From positions 5,250,001-5,282,000 of the forward strand of contig NZ_LN831024.1 in the NCBI RefSeq assembly GCF_001457615.1: a stretch of DNA of 32,000 nucleotides, read 5' to 3'. The translations under genes and the position numbers were made by a program. Below the pieces are notes generated by a model. That model saw nothing but the letters and a program-made list of their open reading frames with translations. It ran no database searches and had not been told where the DNA came from. The stretch is from Pseudomonas aeruginosa (lineage in GTDB: Bacteria; Pseudomonadota; Gammaproteobacteria; Pseudomonadales; Pseudomonadaceae). This document shows positions 31,441 through 32,000 of this stretch, piece by piece (positions within the stretch are counted from its first letter, which is position 1; every line of letters starts with the position of its first letter).

Positions 31441-32000
31441 ATGCCCCGCTCCATCCCTTTGCGCCCGGCTCCCCTGGCGCTTTCCCTGTCCCTCTTCGCT
31501 TCGTTTTCCGCTCCTGCGCTGGCTGCCGATCCGGTGGAGCAGCAGATGGTGGTGATCGGCTCGCGCGCGCCGACCAGCATCAGCGAGTTGCCCGGCACGG
31601 TCTGGGTGATCGAGCGCGAGCAACTGGACCAGCAGACCCAGGCCGGCGTGCCGCTGAAGGAGGCGTTGGGACAATTGATCCCGGGCCTGGATATCGGCTC
31701 CCAGGGTCGTACCAACAACGGCCAGAACCTGCGCGGACGCAGCGTACTGGTGATGATCGACGGGGTGTCGCTGAACAGTTCACGGGGCATCAGCCGGCAG
31801 TTCGACTCCATCGACCCATTCAACATCGAGCGCATCGAGGTGATGTCCGGCGCCAGCGCGGTGTACGGCGGCGGCGCCACCGGCGGGATCATCAACATCG
31901 TGACCAAGAAGGGCGTCGGCGGCGACACTCGCTTCAACACCGAGCTGGGCGCCCGCAGCGGCTTCCAGAGCCATGAGGACCACGACCTGCGCGCGGCGCA
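31441..32000 (+). CDS. TonB-dependent siderophore receptor, partial (C-terminus beyond window edge)
   Basis: Open frame to the edge: MPRSIPLRPAPLAFSLSLFASFSAPALAADPVEQQMVVIGSRAPTSISELPGTVWVIEREQLDQQTQAGVPLKEALGQLIPGLDIGSQGRTNNGQNLRGRSVLVMIDGVSLNSSRGISRQFDSIDPFNIERIEVMSGASAVYGGGATGGIINIVTKKG (plug domain). Position fits the chtA/iutA-like aerobactin/rhizobactin receptor gene. Confidence 0.92.
   Translation, partial: MPRSIPLRPAPLALSLSLFASFSAPALAADPVEQQMVVIGSRAPTSISELPGTVWVIEREQLDQQTQAGVPLKEALGQLIPGLDIGSQGRTNNGQNLRGRSVLVMIDGVSLNSSRGISRQFDSIDPFNIERIEVMSGASAVYGGGATGGIINIVTKKGVGGDTRFNTELGARSGFQSHEDHDLRAA

Overview
The window reads as ordinary Pseudomonas aeruginosa-type chromosomal backbone: high GC, with recognisable gene order hpt / upp-uraA / cupE1-6 / MFS / hemH / ... 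/ phr / pagL / murI-moeB-prmC-prfA-hemA / lbcA-lolB-ispE-tRNAGln-prs-rplY-pth-ychF-tRNAMet / higBA / TonB receptor. Species and locus identities come from protein recognition only; no search was run. Both edge genes are partial and absent from the supplied ORF track: a WbuC-like cupin at the left edge and a TonB-dependent receptor at the right edge. I found no clearly new large system such as a CRISPR array, an intact prophage or an unknown defence island. The most interesting signals are: (1) a gene cassette (renalase-like oxidoreductase, DUF523/DUF1722 protein, MerR/LitR-like regulator, photolyase) with the same two-box motif, TGTACA-N12-TGTACA (one box degenerate), in both upstream regions, and a regulator that seems to lack the B12-ligand motif; (2) a 117-bp element with imperfect terminal inverted repeats, whose right end contains the hemH stop codon; (3) an AT-rich, palindrome-containing 3' end of ispE with a canonical-looking internal promoter; (4) a tyrosine-recombinase remnant next to higBA and tRNA-Met; (5) unexplained inverted repeats upstream of cupE1 and pagL. 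The many long overlapping ORFs on opposite strands are treated as GC-rich shadow ORFs.
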